Part shown: positions 9,251 to 19,588 of the stretch, piece after piece
Numbering within the stretch: position 1 is the first letter of the stretch
Layout: the number at the start of each line of letters is the position of its first letter
DNA from: an uncultured Gemmatimonadales bacterium
GTDB taxonomy: Bacteria; Gemmatimonadota; Gemmatimonadetes; Gemmatimonadales; GWC2-71-9
Length of the DNA: 64,000 nt
Assembly (NCBI GenBank): GCA_963795085.1
Contig: CAWCFX010000001.1
Span: 448,001 to 512,000, forward strand
Reading direction: 5' to 3'
Notes under the pieces: generated by a model
What the model was told of the DNA's origin: nothing
Databases searched by the model: none
The model's input: the letters and a program-made list of their open reading frames with translations, nothing else
Position numbers and translations under genes: made by a program

Positions 9251-10972
9251 TTACTTGCCTTCGGGGCCGGCGGCCGGGAAAAAACAGCTTACCGTGGTGC
9301 CCTTTCCCCACTCGCTATCGGCGCTGACCCGTCCGCCGTGCGCCTCCACCAGGTGCTTGACGATGGCGAGTCCCAGGCCGGTGCCGCCTTCGTCCCGGGA
9401 ACGGGAGGGGTCCGCGCGGTAGAACCGCTCGAAGATGCGGGGCAGGTGGTCCCGGGTGATGCCGCTGCCGGTGTCGGACACGCTGATGGTGATGCCGCCG
9501 TCTTCCTCGCTGGCCCGGCAGACGACCGTCCCGCCGGGTGGCGTGTACCGCAGCGCGTTGTCAATCAGGTTGAGCAGGACGTGGCGAAGGGCGTCTTCGT
9601 CCGCCACCATCCGTTCCGCTACCGGTGTCACCTGGACCTCGATCACCAGGCTCCGGCCCGCGGCGCGGTCGCGGCAGTCGGCCACCACGCTCTCCATGAC
9701 GCCGCGTACGTCCACGTTTTCGAGGGCCGGTTGCCACCGCCCCGACTCGATCCGGGAGAGGTCCAGCAGGCTGTCCACCAGCCGCTGCATGCGCCGCGCA
9801 TTCACCAGGATCACCTGCAGAAAGCGCCGCGTGGTCTCCGGGTCGGGCTGGTCGGTGAGGAGCGTTTCGCTGTATCCCGAAATGGACGTAAGCGGGGTCT
9901 TGAGTTCGTGCGATACATTGGCCACAAAATCCCGGCGCACCGCTTCGAGCCGGCGGATCTCGGTGACGTCGCGCATCACCAGCACCAGTCCGCCGCCCTG
10001 GAAAGGCCGGGCGCCGAACGAGAGAATCCGGTCGTCCATTTCCAGCTCCCGCCCGGCGACCGAGTTACCCCGGAGCGCCGCATCGATCACCCCGCGGGCC
10101 GCCTTGGCCCGGAACAACTGGGGCAAGTCCGGCATCCGGACGCTTGGGGCGTAGCCCAGCATCCTGCGGGCCGACGCGTTGGCGTTGAGGACCCGGCCCC
10201 GCTGGTCGGCCGCGATCACGCCTTCCGCCATGGCATCGATCATGGCGGTGGTTTCTTCCTGTTCCTGCCGCAGGGCGCCGAGGCGGTCCGTGAAGCGGAC
10301 GTGCAGGTCGCGGAGGGCCCGTACCAGCGCGTCAATGTCGGGAATCCCGGAGTGGGGGAACCGGGGGGCCGCCCCGGCGGAGATGGCACCGGCCGCGCTG
10401 ATGATGCCGGTCAGCGGCCGCGCCACCGCCTGGCCGGCGACGAAGGCGAGTACCGTCCCCACCAGGAGCGCCAGCAGGGCCGCGATCACGATGCTTCGCT
10501 GGGCCTGGCGCACGGTCCGGTCCACCTGTTCCACGCTCGCGGCCACCCGGACCACCCCGGGGCCGCCGGGGACCGCGACATACAGGAGCCGCCGGGCCAG
10601 GCTGGCGCTTTCCCGGCCGGCCGAGCCGGTGCCGCCAGCGAGGGCGGCGGCGATCTCCGGCCGGTTGCCATGATTTTCCAGGGTTCCCAGCTGGCTGGCC
10701 GGCACCTCGCTGTCCATGATCACGCGGCCCGATGGATCCACCAGCGTGATCCGGTGGGTCGTGACGGCGGCCATCCGCTGGACCACCGGGCCCCAGGCCG
10801 CCGAGTCGGCGGGCAGGGCGTCGCGGACCAGCCGGGCCTCGCCTTCCAGGGCGCTGGCGAAGTTGTCGTCGAGATGGCCGCGAAGCGATACCTCGGCGCT
10901 CCACACCATCACGCCGACCGATACCAGGAGGGTGACCACGATGCCGACAAAGAGCCGGCCGGCGAAATTCAC
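9251..10972 (-). CDS. phoR: Phosphate regulon sensor histidine kinase
   Basis: Two TM segments, ENH..RPEI sensor motif, HAMP/PAS-like region, RRDFVANVSHELKTPLT, N box NLIDNA, GGTGLGLAIVKH. Confidence 0.92.
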   Translation of the reverse strand: MNFAGRLFVGIVVTLLVSVGVMVWSAEVSLRGHLDDNFASALEGEARLVRDALPADSAAWGPVVQRMAAVTTHRITLVDPSGRVIMDSEVPASQLGTLENHGNRPEIAAALAGGTGSAGRESASLARRLLYVAVPGGPGVVRVAASVEQVDRTVRQAQRSIVIAALLALLVGTVLAFVAGQAVARPLTGIISAAGAISAGAAPRFPHSGIPDIDALVRALRDLHVRFTDRLGALRQEQEETTAMIDAMAEGVIAADQRGRVLNANASARRMLGYAPSVRMPDLPQLFRAKAARGVIDAALRGNSVAGRELEMDDRILSFGARPFQGGGLVLVMRDVTEIRRLEAVRRDFVANVSHELKTPLTSISGYSETLLTDQPDPETTRRFLQVILVNARRMQRLVDSLLDLSRIESGRWQPALENVDVRGVMESVVADCRDRAAGRSLVIEVQVTPVAERMVADEDALRHVLLNLIDNALRYTPPGGTVVCRASEEDGGITISVSDTGSGITRDHLPRIFERFYRADPSRSRDEGGTGLGLAIVKHLVEAHGGRVSADSEWGKGTTVSCFFPAAGPEGK

Positions 10973-11673
10973 TTGCTCTTGCTCCGCTCGGTGCCTTTGA
11001 ACCGGTAGCCGAATCCGCGGACCGTCTCGATGAGATTGCCCGCGGGCCCCAGCTTGGCCCGCAGCCGCTGAACGTGCATGTCCACGGTGCGGGTCTGGAT
11101 GTCGGGCTGGGCTTCCCAGACGGTTTCCAGGAGCTGGGGCCGGGACTGGACCCGGCCTCGCCGTTCGACCAGCGTGAGCAGCAGCTTGTACTCGGTGGCG
11201 GTCAACTCGAGCTCCTCGCCCTCCACGGTCACCCGGTGTGACGAGCGGTCGATGGCAATCGGACCCGCGGACAGGGTGGAGCCGGTGGCCACCGCCGGGG
11301 CGACCAGCCGGCGCAGCAGGGCCTGGACCCGGAGCGTCAGTTCCTGGGGAGAGAACGGCTTGGTGAGATAGTCATCGGCGCCGAGGGAGAGCCCCTTGAT
11401 GCGGTCGGCCTCCTCCCGCCGGGCGGTGAGGAGGATGACGCCCACCTCCCGGGTTTCTTCACGGCGTCGCATTTCGCCGAGGACATCGTACCCGGAGACG
11501 CTGGGGAGCATGATATCCAGGATGACGATGTCGGGACGCTCCTCCCGCGCCGCCTTGAGGGCGTCGGGACCGTTGGCGGCGGTGCTGACCCGGTAGCCGG
11601 CCTTGGCGAGGTGGTAGGCGACCAGCGCGGTGATATCGGGTTCGTCGTCCACCACCAGGATACGATGGGTCAT
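10969..11673 (-). CDS. phoB: OmpR/PhoB-family response regulator
   Basis: ILVVDDE, LDIMLP, GADDYLTKPFS, RTVDMHVQRLR, IETVRGFGY; coupled to phoR. Confidence 0.9.
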   Translation of the reverse strand: MTHRILVVDDEPDITALVAYHLAKAGYRVSTAANGPDALKAAREERPDIVILDIMLPSVSGYDVLGEMRRREETREVGVILLTARREEADRIKGLSLGADDYLTKPFSPQELTLRVQALLRRLVAPAVATGSTLSAGPIAIDRSSHRVTVEGEELELTATEYKLLLTLVERRGRVQSRPQLLETVWEAQPDIQTRTVDMHVQRLRAKLGPAGNLIETVRGFGYRFKGTERSKSK

Positions 11674-11694
11674 ACCCCGCGGCTCCTCATGTGG

Positions 11695-12072
11695 CTAGCG
11701 CTCGGTGTCCGATTCAACATGCTCGACCCGGGTGCGGGTGTGGGTCCGGCTTCGCTCGGCGGCCCGCTGGCGCTCGCCCCGCATGACCTGGTCGTGGGCA
11801 ACCCCGTCGAGGATGGCGGTCAACAGCCGGCCCCGGGCGTCGCTGCCGCGCCGAAGCCGGTAGAGCACAAACTGGGCGATAGCGGTATCCCGGACGATAT
11901 CGGCGCTGCGCAACACTTTCAGGTGCCGGGACACGGTCGGCTGGGGCAGCTCCAGCACGGCCTGCAGGTCGGAGACGAACAGCGGAGCGGCGGCCAGGCA
12001 ATTGAGGATCCGGAGCCGGGTCGGCTCCGCGACGGTAAGCAGCAGGGTGGTGATAGAGGCGCCGTCTGGCAT
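11695..12072 (-). CDS. ArsR/SmtB family transcriptional regulator
   Basis: AEPTRLRIL, VSDL...LELPQPTVSRHLKVLR winged HTH. Confidence 0.9.
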   Translation of the reverse strand: MPDGASITTLLLTVAEPTRLRILNCLAAAPLFVSDLQAVLELPQPTVSRHLKVLRSADIVRDTAIAQFVLYRLRRGSDARGRLLTAILDGVAHDQVMRGERQRAAERSRTHTRTRVEHVESDTER

Positions 12073-12175
12073 ATGCGGCTAAACGAATACCCGCCCGGCC
12101 TTCCCGCGCAAGGGCGCGCCGCGCCGACATGAAACCGCGCTACCACATCGCCGGGGCTTTCGGTAGCTTGTACCC

Positions 12176-15100
12176 ATGCTGCTTCCTCTCCTGCTCGCGC
12201 TGCTGACGCAGGCCCAGGACACCACCCATCTCGTCATTGTTTCCACCACCGATGTCCACGGCCAAGCCACGGGGTGGAACTACCTGGCCGGCCGCGCCGC
12301 CGACGGGGGCCTCTCCCGCGCGGCCCGGGTGGTGGATTCGCTGCGGGCGAGATACCCGGGGCGGGTGGTCCTGCTGGATGCCGGCGACGCGCTCCAGGGC
12401 GACCCGTTCGCGGCCTATTTCGCCCGGGTCGCGCCCCGGGATCCGCACCCGGTGCTCGATGCCATGGGCGCCATGGGGTACGATGCGGCCACGCCGGGCG
12501 ATCACGATTTCGACTTCGGAGCGCCCTGGCTTTTTCGCTCCATCCGGGCGGCCTCCTTTCCGTTCGTCAGCGCCAATCTCTACACCCTGCCGCAGGATAC
12601 GCTGGCCCTGGCTCCCTATGCGCTGGTTCGCCGGGGCGGCGTCCGGATCGCCGTGACCGGGCTGACCACGCCGGCGGCCGCGGTGGGGAACCGGGCGGCG
12701 TGGCGCAATCAGCTGCGGGTGGGACGCCTTGCCGATGCGGCGCCCGGGGTGCTGCCCCCCATGGCCGCGAACGCCGACCTGAGCATCGTCCTGCTGCATG
12801 GCGGGATCGCCGGGCGCTCCACGCATGACACGACGGGACTGGGACCCGAGCACGACGGAGCGGCGTTGGCGTACGGGGCCTACCGGCCCCACCTGGTCGT
12901 GGTCGGCCACAGCCACGGCGAACTGGCGGACTCGGTCATCAATGGCGTGCATTTCGTGCAGCCCGGCCCCGAGGCCCGCAGCCTTTCGGTCATGCATGTG
13001 ACTCTCCGGCGGACCGCCGATGGCTGGCGGCCGTCCCGGTTTCGCGGGGAGCTGGTGCCGCTGGCCGCGGTGCCGCCATCGGAGGCCATCGCCCGCCGGC
13101 TGCAGCCCGACCATGACGCGGTGCGGCGGTGGGTGGCCCAGCCGCTGGGCAATGTGGCGGCCGACATGCCTGCCAGTACGGGCCGGGCCGAAGCATTGCC
13201 CCTGACCGCGTGGATCAATGACGTCCAGCGCCGTGCCGCGGGGGCCAGCCTCTCGGTCACCCCGGTTCCGGATCTCCCAGCCGGACTGCGCGCCGGCGTG
13301 GTCACGCTGGGCCAGTTGTTCGCGCTGTATCCCGGTGAACAGACGCTGCGGACGGTCCGGGTGACCGGCGGGCAGGTCAAGGACCTGCTGGAACACTCGG
13401 CGAGCTACTACGCGGTGGACCCGCAGGGCCGGGTGCGGCTCAATGACAGCGTATCGGGCCGGGACGTGGATATCCTGGGCGGGGCCGAGTATTCGATTGA
13501 TCTGCGGCTGCCGGTGGGGAGCCGGGTGCGGAGCCTTTCGGTGCGGGGGCGCCCGGTCCAGCCACTCGACCAGTTCACCCTGGCGGTGGCGGCGGGCCGG
13601 CACGAAGGGGCCGGTACCTACTCGATGCTGGCGGGAGCCCCGACCGTGGAGGACCAGGGCGACAAGGTCCGCGATCTCCTGGCCGCGGATATCCGCACCC
13701 GGGGGGTGCTCGACCCCTCGGCGTTCTCGGGGACGCCCTGGCGGATCATTCCCGCCGAGCTGGCACTGGCGGCCCGGCGCCTCTTCGCGCCCACGCCGGA
13801 TCTGGCCCGTCCCGGCACGCCCCGGGACACCATCCTGCTCCGGATCTTCGCCATCGGCGATTTTCACGGGGCCCTTCTCCCGAGAGTGCGCACCTGGTCA
13901 GGGGAGCGGCCGGTGGGTGGGATGCCCGCACTCAAGCGCCTGATGGACAGCCTCACCATCCAGTGTGCCTGTCCCGATCTCCGGGTGGATGCCGGAGACG
14001 AGATGCAGGGAACCCTGGCTTCCAACCTGGAGTTTGGCCGTTCCACCGTCCTGGCGATGAACCTGCTGGGCATCGATGCCGCCGTCATCGGTAATCATGA
14101 CTTTGACTGGTCGGTGGACACCCTGCTCCGGCGGATGGCCGAGGCCCGCTATCCCTGGCTGCTGGCCAACGTGGTGGACAGCGCCACCGGGCGGCGGCCC
14201 GACTGGGCGATACCCTGGCGGATCCTCCCGGCCGGCCGGCTCCGGGTGGGTTTCCTGGGTTACATCACGCCGGAGACCCGGTCCATTGTTCGGGGGGACC
14301 TGCTGCGGGGGCTGGCATTCACCGGGCCCGCGTCACTGGCCGAGCCGCTCGCCCAGCTTCGGGCCGAGCGGCCCGACCTGGTGGTGCTGCTGGCCCATGA
14401 AGGCGCGTCGTGCGAAGGCGGGCCCGGCGGGGCCTGTGCCGGCGCCATCATCGACCTCGCGCGGTCGCTCGATTCCGGTTCCGTGGATCTCATCGTGGCG
14501 GGGCACCGGCACCAGCTCACCGACACCCGGGTCCGCGGCATTCCCATCGTGCAGACCGGGAGCAGCGGCGGCGATGTCGGGGTGATCGACATCGTGCAGA
14601 CCCTGGTGGGGTCGCGGGAGGTGCGGACCCGGCTGGTGCCGGTGTACGCCGACAGCATCGGCGCGGACAGCGCGATGGCCGGGTTGGTGGAAGGGTTTCG
14701 GCGGCGGAGCGATTCGCTGGCCAGCCGGGTGGTTGCCACCCTCAAGACCCCGGCCCCCCGGTCCGCCGGCCAGTATCCCCTGGGGAACCTGGTTGCCGAC
14801 GCCCACCGGAACGCACTGCGTACCGACTTCGGCCTGATGAACAACGGCGGCATTCGCACCGGCCTGCCGGCCGGTCCCGTCAACTACTCGCAGGTGTTTG
14901 AAGTCTCGCCGTTCGGCAACGAACTGGTGCGGATCCGGCTCACCGGCGGGGACATGCGCGCCATCCTGGAGCAGATCCTGGCCGACGGGACCGCCGGGCG
15001 CCCACGTCTCCGGGCTCCAGGTGAGGTACGAGCCGGGCCGCCCGCGCGGGCAGCGGGTGCGCGAGATCCGCCTGCCGAACGGGAAGCGGATGGACGACCG

Positions 15101-15284
15101 TGCCACCTACACCCTCGCGGTGAACGACTTCCTGGCCGGCGGCAAAGACGGCTTTGCCATGCTGGCGGGGCTTCCGCAGGAACGGACCGGGATCGTGGAT
15201 ACCGATGCGCTGGTCAACTATCTGCGCCGGCTGCCCCAGCCGGTCGAGTTGCCGGCGGACGACCGGTTCATCCTCCGCCGCTGA
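12176..15284 (+). CDS. Secreted tandem 5'-nucleotidase / 2',3'-cyclic phosphodiesterase (two metallophosphoesterase + 5'-NT_C modules); +1 frameshift near 14990
   Basis: Signal peptide. Module 1: TTDVHG, LDAGD, GDHDFD, GHSH. Module 2: GDFHG, DAGDEMQG, GNHDFD, GHRH, NNGGIR, PFGN. The expected tail (AHVSGL...YTLAVNDFLAGGKDGF...D.DAL..YL) lies in the next frame, ending at 15284. Confidence 0.85.
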
Positions 15285-15287
15285 TCG

Positions 15288-15521
15288 ATGCGCATCTATA
15301 TCAACGGCCGTCCGGCGGACGTCGCCAGTGGAGCGGACGCCCTCACCGCCCTCCGGGCGCACGATGCCGAACTGGCCGCGCAGGTGGAGCGGGGCGCCGC
15401 TTACTTGACCGACGGCCGGGCCATCCGGGTGGATGCCGAGGCGCCGCTTGCCTCCGGCGACATTCTCAGGGTAATCACCAATTCCCGCCGGGGCGGAGAG
15501 GGCGCCGATGCTGACGCGTGA
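15288..15521 (+). CDS. Small ThiS/MoaD-like (beta-grasp) hypothetical protein
   Basis: 77 aa, MRIYING N-terminus and L.SGDILRVI...RRGG near the C-terminus; packed between nucleotidase and add. Confidence 0.6.
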   Translation: MRIYINGRPADVASGADALTALRAHDAELAAQVERGAAYLTDGRAIRVDAEAPLASGDILRVITNSRRGGEGADADA

Positions 15522-16534
15522 GACCGTGGCCCGGCTGCCCAAGGCGGAACTTCACAATCACCTCGACGGCTCGTTGCGAGCGGAGACGCTGATCGAACTG
15601 GCGGCCGATGCCGGTGTGCACCTGCCCAGCAGCGATCCCGATGCGATCCGGCGGTTCATGCTGGTGGACGACGCCCGGAACCTGGAGGACTACCTCCGCC
15701 GTTTCGACATCACCATCGCGGTCCTGCAGAGCGCCGCGGCCATCGAGCGGGTTGCTTACGAGATGGTCGAGGATGCGGCCCGCGACAATGTCCGCTACAT
15801 CGAGGTCCGCTACTGCCCCCACCTGAGCCGGCAATCGGGACTTTCCCTGGAAGACGTGCTGGAGGCCGAACTGCGCGGGCTCCAGCGGGGCGAGCGGGAA
15901 TTCGGAGTGCGCGCGGCCGTGATCAACTGTTCCCTCCGGCACTACGATCCTGCCTTGTCCAGTGAAATCGCCGCGGTATCGGTGGAGTTTCGAGAGGCAG
16001 GGGTCGTCGCCTTTGACCTGGCCGGCGGCGAAGCCGGGCGGCCGGCGGGGGCGCACGCCGCGGCCTTCGACCTCGCCGTTCGGGGCCGGCTCGGCATCAC
16101 CGTGCACGCGGGAGAAGCCGCGGGACCGGAGTCGATTGCCGATGCGCTGGAGCGCTGCCACGCCGACCGGATCGGCCATGGCACCCGGCTCTTCGAGGAC
16201 CCGGTTCTGAAGGCCTACGTTCGCGACCGCCGGATCCCCATCGAGATCAACATTTCCAGCAACGTGCAGACCCGGGCCGTGGCCTCGGCGGCCGCTCACC
16301 CGGTGACGCTCCTATTTCGACGAGGGGCTGCTGGTCACGCTCTCGACCGACAGCTGGCTGATGAGCGGCACGACGCTGACCGACGAGTACTGGCTGGCCC
16401 ACACCGCGCTCGGGTTTACCCGGGGGGAGATCGACCGGATGATACTCAACGGATTCGAGGCGGCCTTCCTCCCCTGGCCCGAGAAAGAAGCCCTGCTGCG
16501 CCAGGTGCGCCAGGAACTGGCGGCCATACCATGA
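15508..16534 (+). CDS. add: Adenosine deaminase; +1 frameshift at about 16306
   Basis: LPKAELHNHLDGSLR, YIEVRYCP, TVHAGE, RIGHG. Removing one A in GTG-A-CGC restores HPVRSYFDEGLLVTLSTDSWLMSGTTLTDEY, ending at TGA 16532-16534. Confidence 0.9.
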
Positions 16535-17904
16535 CCGCCCTGCTCCTGCTGCAGACGGCGGCGGAACGGCTGGACCAGGCCCGGAGCGGCCTGGACACGT
16601 CGCTGCCGGATCGGCTGGTGGGGGTGCTGGGCATCGCCGTCATGCTCGCGCTGGCCTGGCTGCTCTCCTACAACCGGCGGCGCATCAGCTGGAAACTGGT
16701 CGCCATCGGGCTGGGCCTCCAGGCCATCTTCGGGGTCATCGTGCTCAAAACGCCCTGGGGCCGTGCCTTCTTTGATGCCCTGGGCCGCGCCGTCACCGGC
16801 CTGCTCGGCTTCCAGGAAATGGGCGCCCGCTTCGTATTCGGCAACCTGGTGCAGTCCCACGTACCAGTCGGCGTTCCCGGCGCCGGGGGCACACTGGACC
16901 AGACCGCCGGCATGGTCGCCAATACCGGGGCCTACTTCGCGTTCAACGTCCTCCCCACCATCATCTTCTTCTCCGCCCTGATGTCGGTCCTGTATTACCT
17001 CAACGTGATGCAACTGCTGGTCAAGGGCATCGCCTGGGTCATGCAGAAGACGCTGGGAACCTCGGGCGCCGAGACGCTTTCGGCCTCCGGCAACATCTTC
17101 CTGGGCCAGACCGAGGCGCCGCTGCTCATCAAGCCGTTCGTGCGCAGCATGACCCACTCCGAGCTGGTCACCGTGATGGTGGGCGGGTTCGCCACGGTCG
17201 CCGGCGGCGTGCTGGCGGCGTACGTCGGCATGCTGTCCGGTTTCTTCCCCAATATCGCGTCTCACCTGCTGGCGGCCAGCGTCATGAACGCACCGGCGGG
17301 GCTCTATCTCGCCAAGATCCTGATGCCGGAGACCGAAGTACCGGCGACCCGCGGGTCATTGCGCATGGAAGTCGAGAAGACCGACAAGAGCGTCATCGAA
17401 GCGGCGGCGACCGGGGCGGGGCAGGGGCTCCAGCTGGCGCTCAATGTCGCCGCCATGCTGATGGCCTTCGTGGCCCTGGTGGCCCTGCTGAATTTCGGCC
17501 TGCACTGGATGGGCAGTCTCTGGGGGCAGGACAACCTGAGCATGCAGTGGATGCTCGGCAAGCTGCTCCAGCCGCTGGCCTGGGTGATGGGGGTGCCCTG
17601 GGAAGACACCGCCTATGTGGGCGGGTTGATCGGGATCAAGACCAGCCTGAATGAGTTCGTGGCCTACGCCCAGTTTGCCGGCGACCTGAACACCGGCATG
17701 CCGCTGCAGCCACGCAGCGCCATCATCGTCACCTACGCGCTGCTGGGGTTCGCCAACTTCTCGTCCATCGCCATCCAGATCGGCGGGATCGGCGGGCTGG
17801 CCCCGGAGCGGCGCCCCGACATCGCCCGCTTCGGGCTGCGGGCCATGATCGCGGGCAACCTCGCGGCGTTTACCTCGGCCTGCCTGGCGGGCATGCTGAT
17901 ATGA
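16531..17904 (+). CDS. nupC: NupC/NupG (CNT family) nucleoside transporter
   Basis: FVFG, FAFNVLPTIIFFSAL, NIFLGQTEAPL, GFATVAG, NEFVAY, GFANFSSIAIQIGG; ATG overlaps the restored add stop (ATGA). Confidence 0.93.
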   Translation: MTALLLLQTAAERLDQARSGLDTSLPDRLVGVLGIAVMLALAWLLSYNRRRISWKLVAIGLGLQAIFGVIVLKTPWGRAFFDALGRAVTGLLGFQEMGARFVFGNLVQSHVPVGVPGAGGTLDQTAGMVANTGAYFAFNVLPTIIFFSALMSVLYYLNVMQLLVKGIAWVMQKTLGTSGAETLSASGNIFLGQTEAPLLIKPFVRSMTHSELVTVMVGGFATVAGGVLAAYVGMLSGFFPNIASHLLAASVMNAPAGLYLAKILMPETEVPATRGSLRMEVEKTDKSVIEAAATGAGQGLQLALNVAAMLMAFVALVALLNFGLHWMGSLWGQDNLSMQWMLGKLLQPLAWVMGVPWEDTAYVGGLIGIKTSLNEFVAYAQFAGDLNTGMPLQPRSAIIVTYALLGFANFSSIAIQIGGIGGLAPERRPDIARFGLRAMIAGNLAAFTSACLAGMLI

Positions 17905-18761
17905 ACGGCACGGGACAGGAGCATCCCGGCACCGGCGCCGTGGAGCGGGCGACCAGCGCGGTGGCCGCGCGGCTCAAGGGCCGTTCGCCCCGGATCGCCC
18001 TGGTCCTCGGCTCGGGTCTCGGTTTCCTCAAGGACAAGGTGGAGTCGGCAGTCCGGATTCCGTACGGCGAGATTCCCGGCTTTCCCCTGCCGACGGTACC
18101 CGGTCACGACGGCCAGCTGGTCGCCGGGACCCTGGCCGGCCGCGCCGTGCTGGTCCAGAGCGGCCGGTTCCACATGTACGAGGGTCATTCCGCCCAGACC
18201 GCCGCGCTGCCGGTGCGGGTGTTCGCCGAGCTTGGCATCGAGACTCTTCTGCTGACGAATGCGGCCGGAGGCGTGCGGCGGACCTTCGGGCCCGGCACCC
18301 TGATGCTGATCGCCGACCAGGTGAACCTTACCTTCCGGAACCCGCTGGCCGGCCCGGTCTTTCCGGGCGAAGAACGATTCCCCGATATGTCGGATCCCTA
18401 CGATCCCGGCCTTCGCACCCAGGCCCGCGCGGTCGCGCGGGAGCGGCACATCCGGCTGGAAGAGGGGGTGTACGCCGGCCTGCTGGGCCCCTGCTACGAG
18501 ACCCCGGCCGAAGTACGGATGCTGGACCGGCTCGGGGTGGACGCGGTGGGCATGTCCACCGTCGTGGAGGTAATCGCCGCGCGCGCCGGGGGCATGCGGT
18601 GTCTCGGCATCTCGACCATCACCAACCCCGCCGCCGGGCTCGGTGCCACCAAGCTCTCCCACGATGAGGTGATGCAGGCGGCGGAAGAAGTTAAAGAGGA
18701 CCTGGCGGGACTGGTCGAGGGGATTATTGGGGGCCTTCCCGGGCGGGAACCCGGTGGTTGA
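17901..18761 (+). CDS. punA: Purine-nucleoside phosphorylase (trimeric type)
   Basis: VLGSGLG, TVPGH.G, GRFHMYEG, TNAAGG, GPCYETPAE, VGMSTV.E, ITN..AG. Confidence 0.93.
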   Translation: MNGTGQEHPGTGAVERATSAVAARLKGRSPRIALVLGSGLGFLKDKVESAVRIPYGEIPGFPLPTVPGHDGQLVAGTLAGRAVLVQSGRFHMYEGHSAQTAALPVRVFAELGIETLLLTNAAGGVRRTFGPGTLMLIADQVNLTFRNPLAGPVFPGEERFPDMSDPYDPGLRTQARAVARERHIRLEEGVYAGLLGPCYETPAEVRMLDRLGVDAVGMSTVVEVIAARAGGMRCLGISTITNPAAGLGATKLSHDEVMQAAEEVKEDLAGLVEGIIGGLPGREPGG

Positions 18762-19560
18762 GCGGGCCGTGCCCGGCGCCCAGCCGGGGCGCCTCGGTGA
18801 TCGCGCGGCGCACGTAATCAAGGCCTGCCTCCACCGCCCGCTCGAGGCTCTGGCCCAGCGCCAGGCCGGCGGTGATGGCCGCCGAGAGGGTGCAGCCGGT
18901 GCCGTGGGTCGCGGTGGTCTGCACTCTCGGGTGGGTGAACCGGCGCACCATCCCGGGAACCACCAGCAGGTCCACGACGTCATCCCCGGCGAGGTGGCCG
19001 CCTTTGACCAGGACCGCGCGGGCGCCCATCTCCAGCAGCCGTTGGCCGGCCGCCTGCATGGCCGCGGGATCCCGGACGGCGAGCTGCGTGAGCAGTTCCG
19101 CCTCGTCGAGGTTGGGGGTGACCAGCGCGGCCTGGGACAACAGCCGGTTTCGGAGGGCGGCGACCGCGTCCGAATCCAGCAGCCGGTCGCCCGAGGTCGC
19201 GACCATCACCGGATCCAGCACGTAGCATCGCCAGGCGTAGCCCTCAATGGCGTCGGCCACCAGCGTGACCAGCGAGGCGGTGGCCAGCATCCCGGTTTTC
19301 ACCGCCTCAGGGGGGAGATCCTCAGCCAGGGCGGCGAGCTGCGCGGAGACCACGGCCTCCGGCACCAGGTGAACGGCGTGGACGCCGACGGTGTTCTGGG
19401 CCGTAATGGCGACCACCGCCGAAGTGCCGTGGACACCGAACTGGTGAAAAGTCTTCAAGTCGGCCTGGATGCCGGCGCCGCCGCCCGAGTCGGAGCCGGC
19501 AATGGTGAGCGCGATCGGCGGCACCCCGCCCCGACGCCCCGTGCGGCCTGGTTCATTCAT
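18724..19560 (-). CDS. thiD: Hydroxymethylpyrimidine/phosphomethylpyrimidine kinase
   Basis: [58 protein letters not shown]. Confidence 0.96.
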   Translation of the reverse strand: MNEPGRTGRRGGVPPIALTIAGSDSGGGAGIQADLKTFHQFGVHGTSAVVAITAQNTVGVHAVHLVPEAVVSAQLAALAEDLPPEAVKTGMLATASLVTLVADAIEGYAWRCYVLDPVMVATSGDRLLDSDAVAALRNRLLSQAALVTPNLDEAELLTQLAVRDPAAMQAAGQRLLEMGARAVLVKGGHLAGDDVVDLLVVPGMVRRFTHPRVQTTATHGTGCTLSAAITAGLALGQSLERAVEAGLDYVRRAITEAPRLGAGHGPLNHRVPAREGPQ

Positions 19561-19588
19561 GGGCGAAACATGAACCGGTGCCAGCCCC

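Noticed and set aside
9338..11008. Long antisense ORFs (also 49678-51576, 42684-44285, 12140-13867, 23039-24355)
   Set aside because: Shadow ORFs expected opposite real genes in high-GC DNA; no motifs.
14990..15514. C-terminal tail of the 1112-aa nucleotidase ORF
   Set aside because: Arg/Pro/Gly-rich off-frame sequence; the true tail is in the frame ending at 15284.
15508..17904. 798-aa adenosine deaminase-NupC fusion
   Set aside because: The conserved deaminase C-terminus (STD motif) is in the +1 frame and ends in an ATGA overlap with nupC; the fusion results from one extra base.
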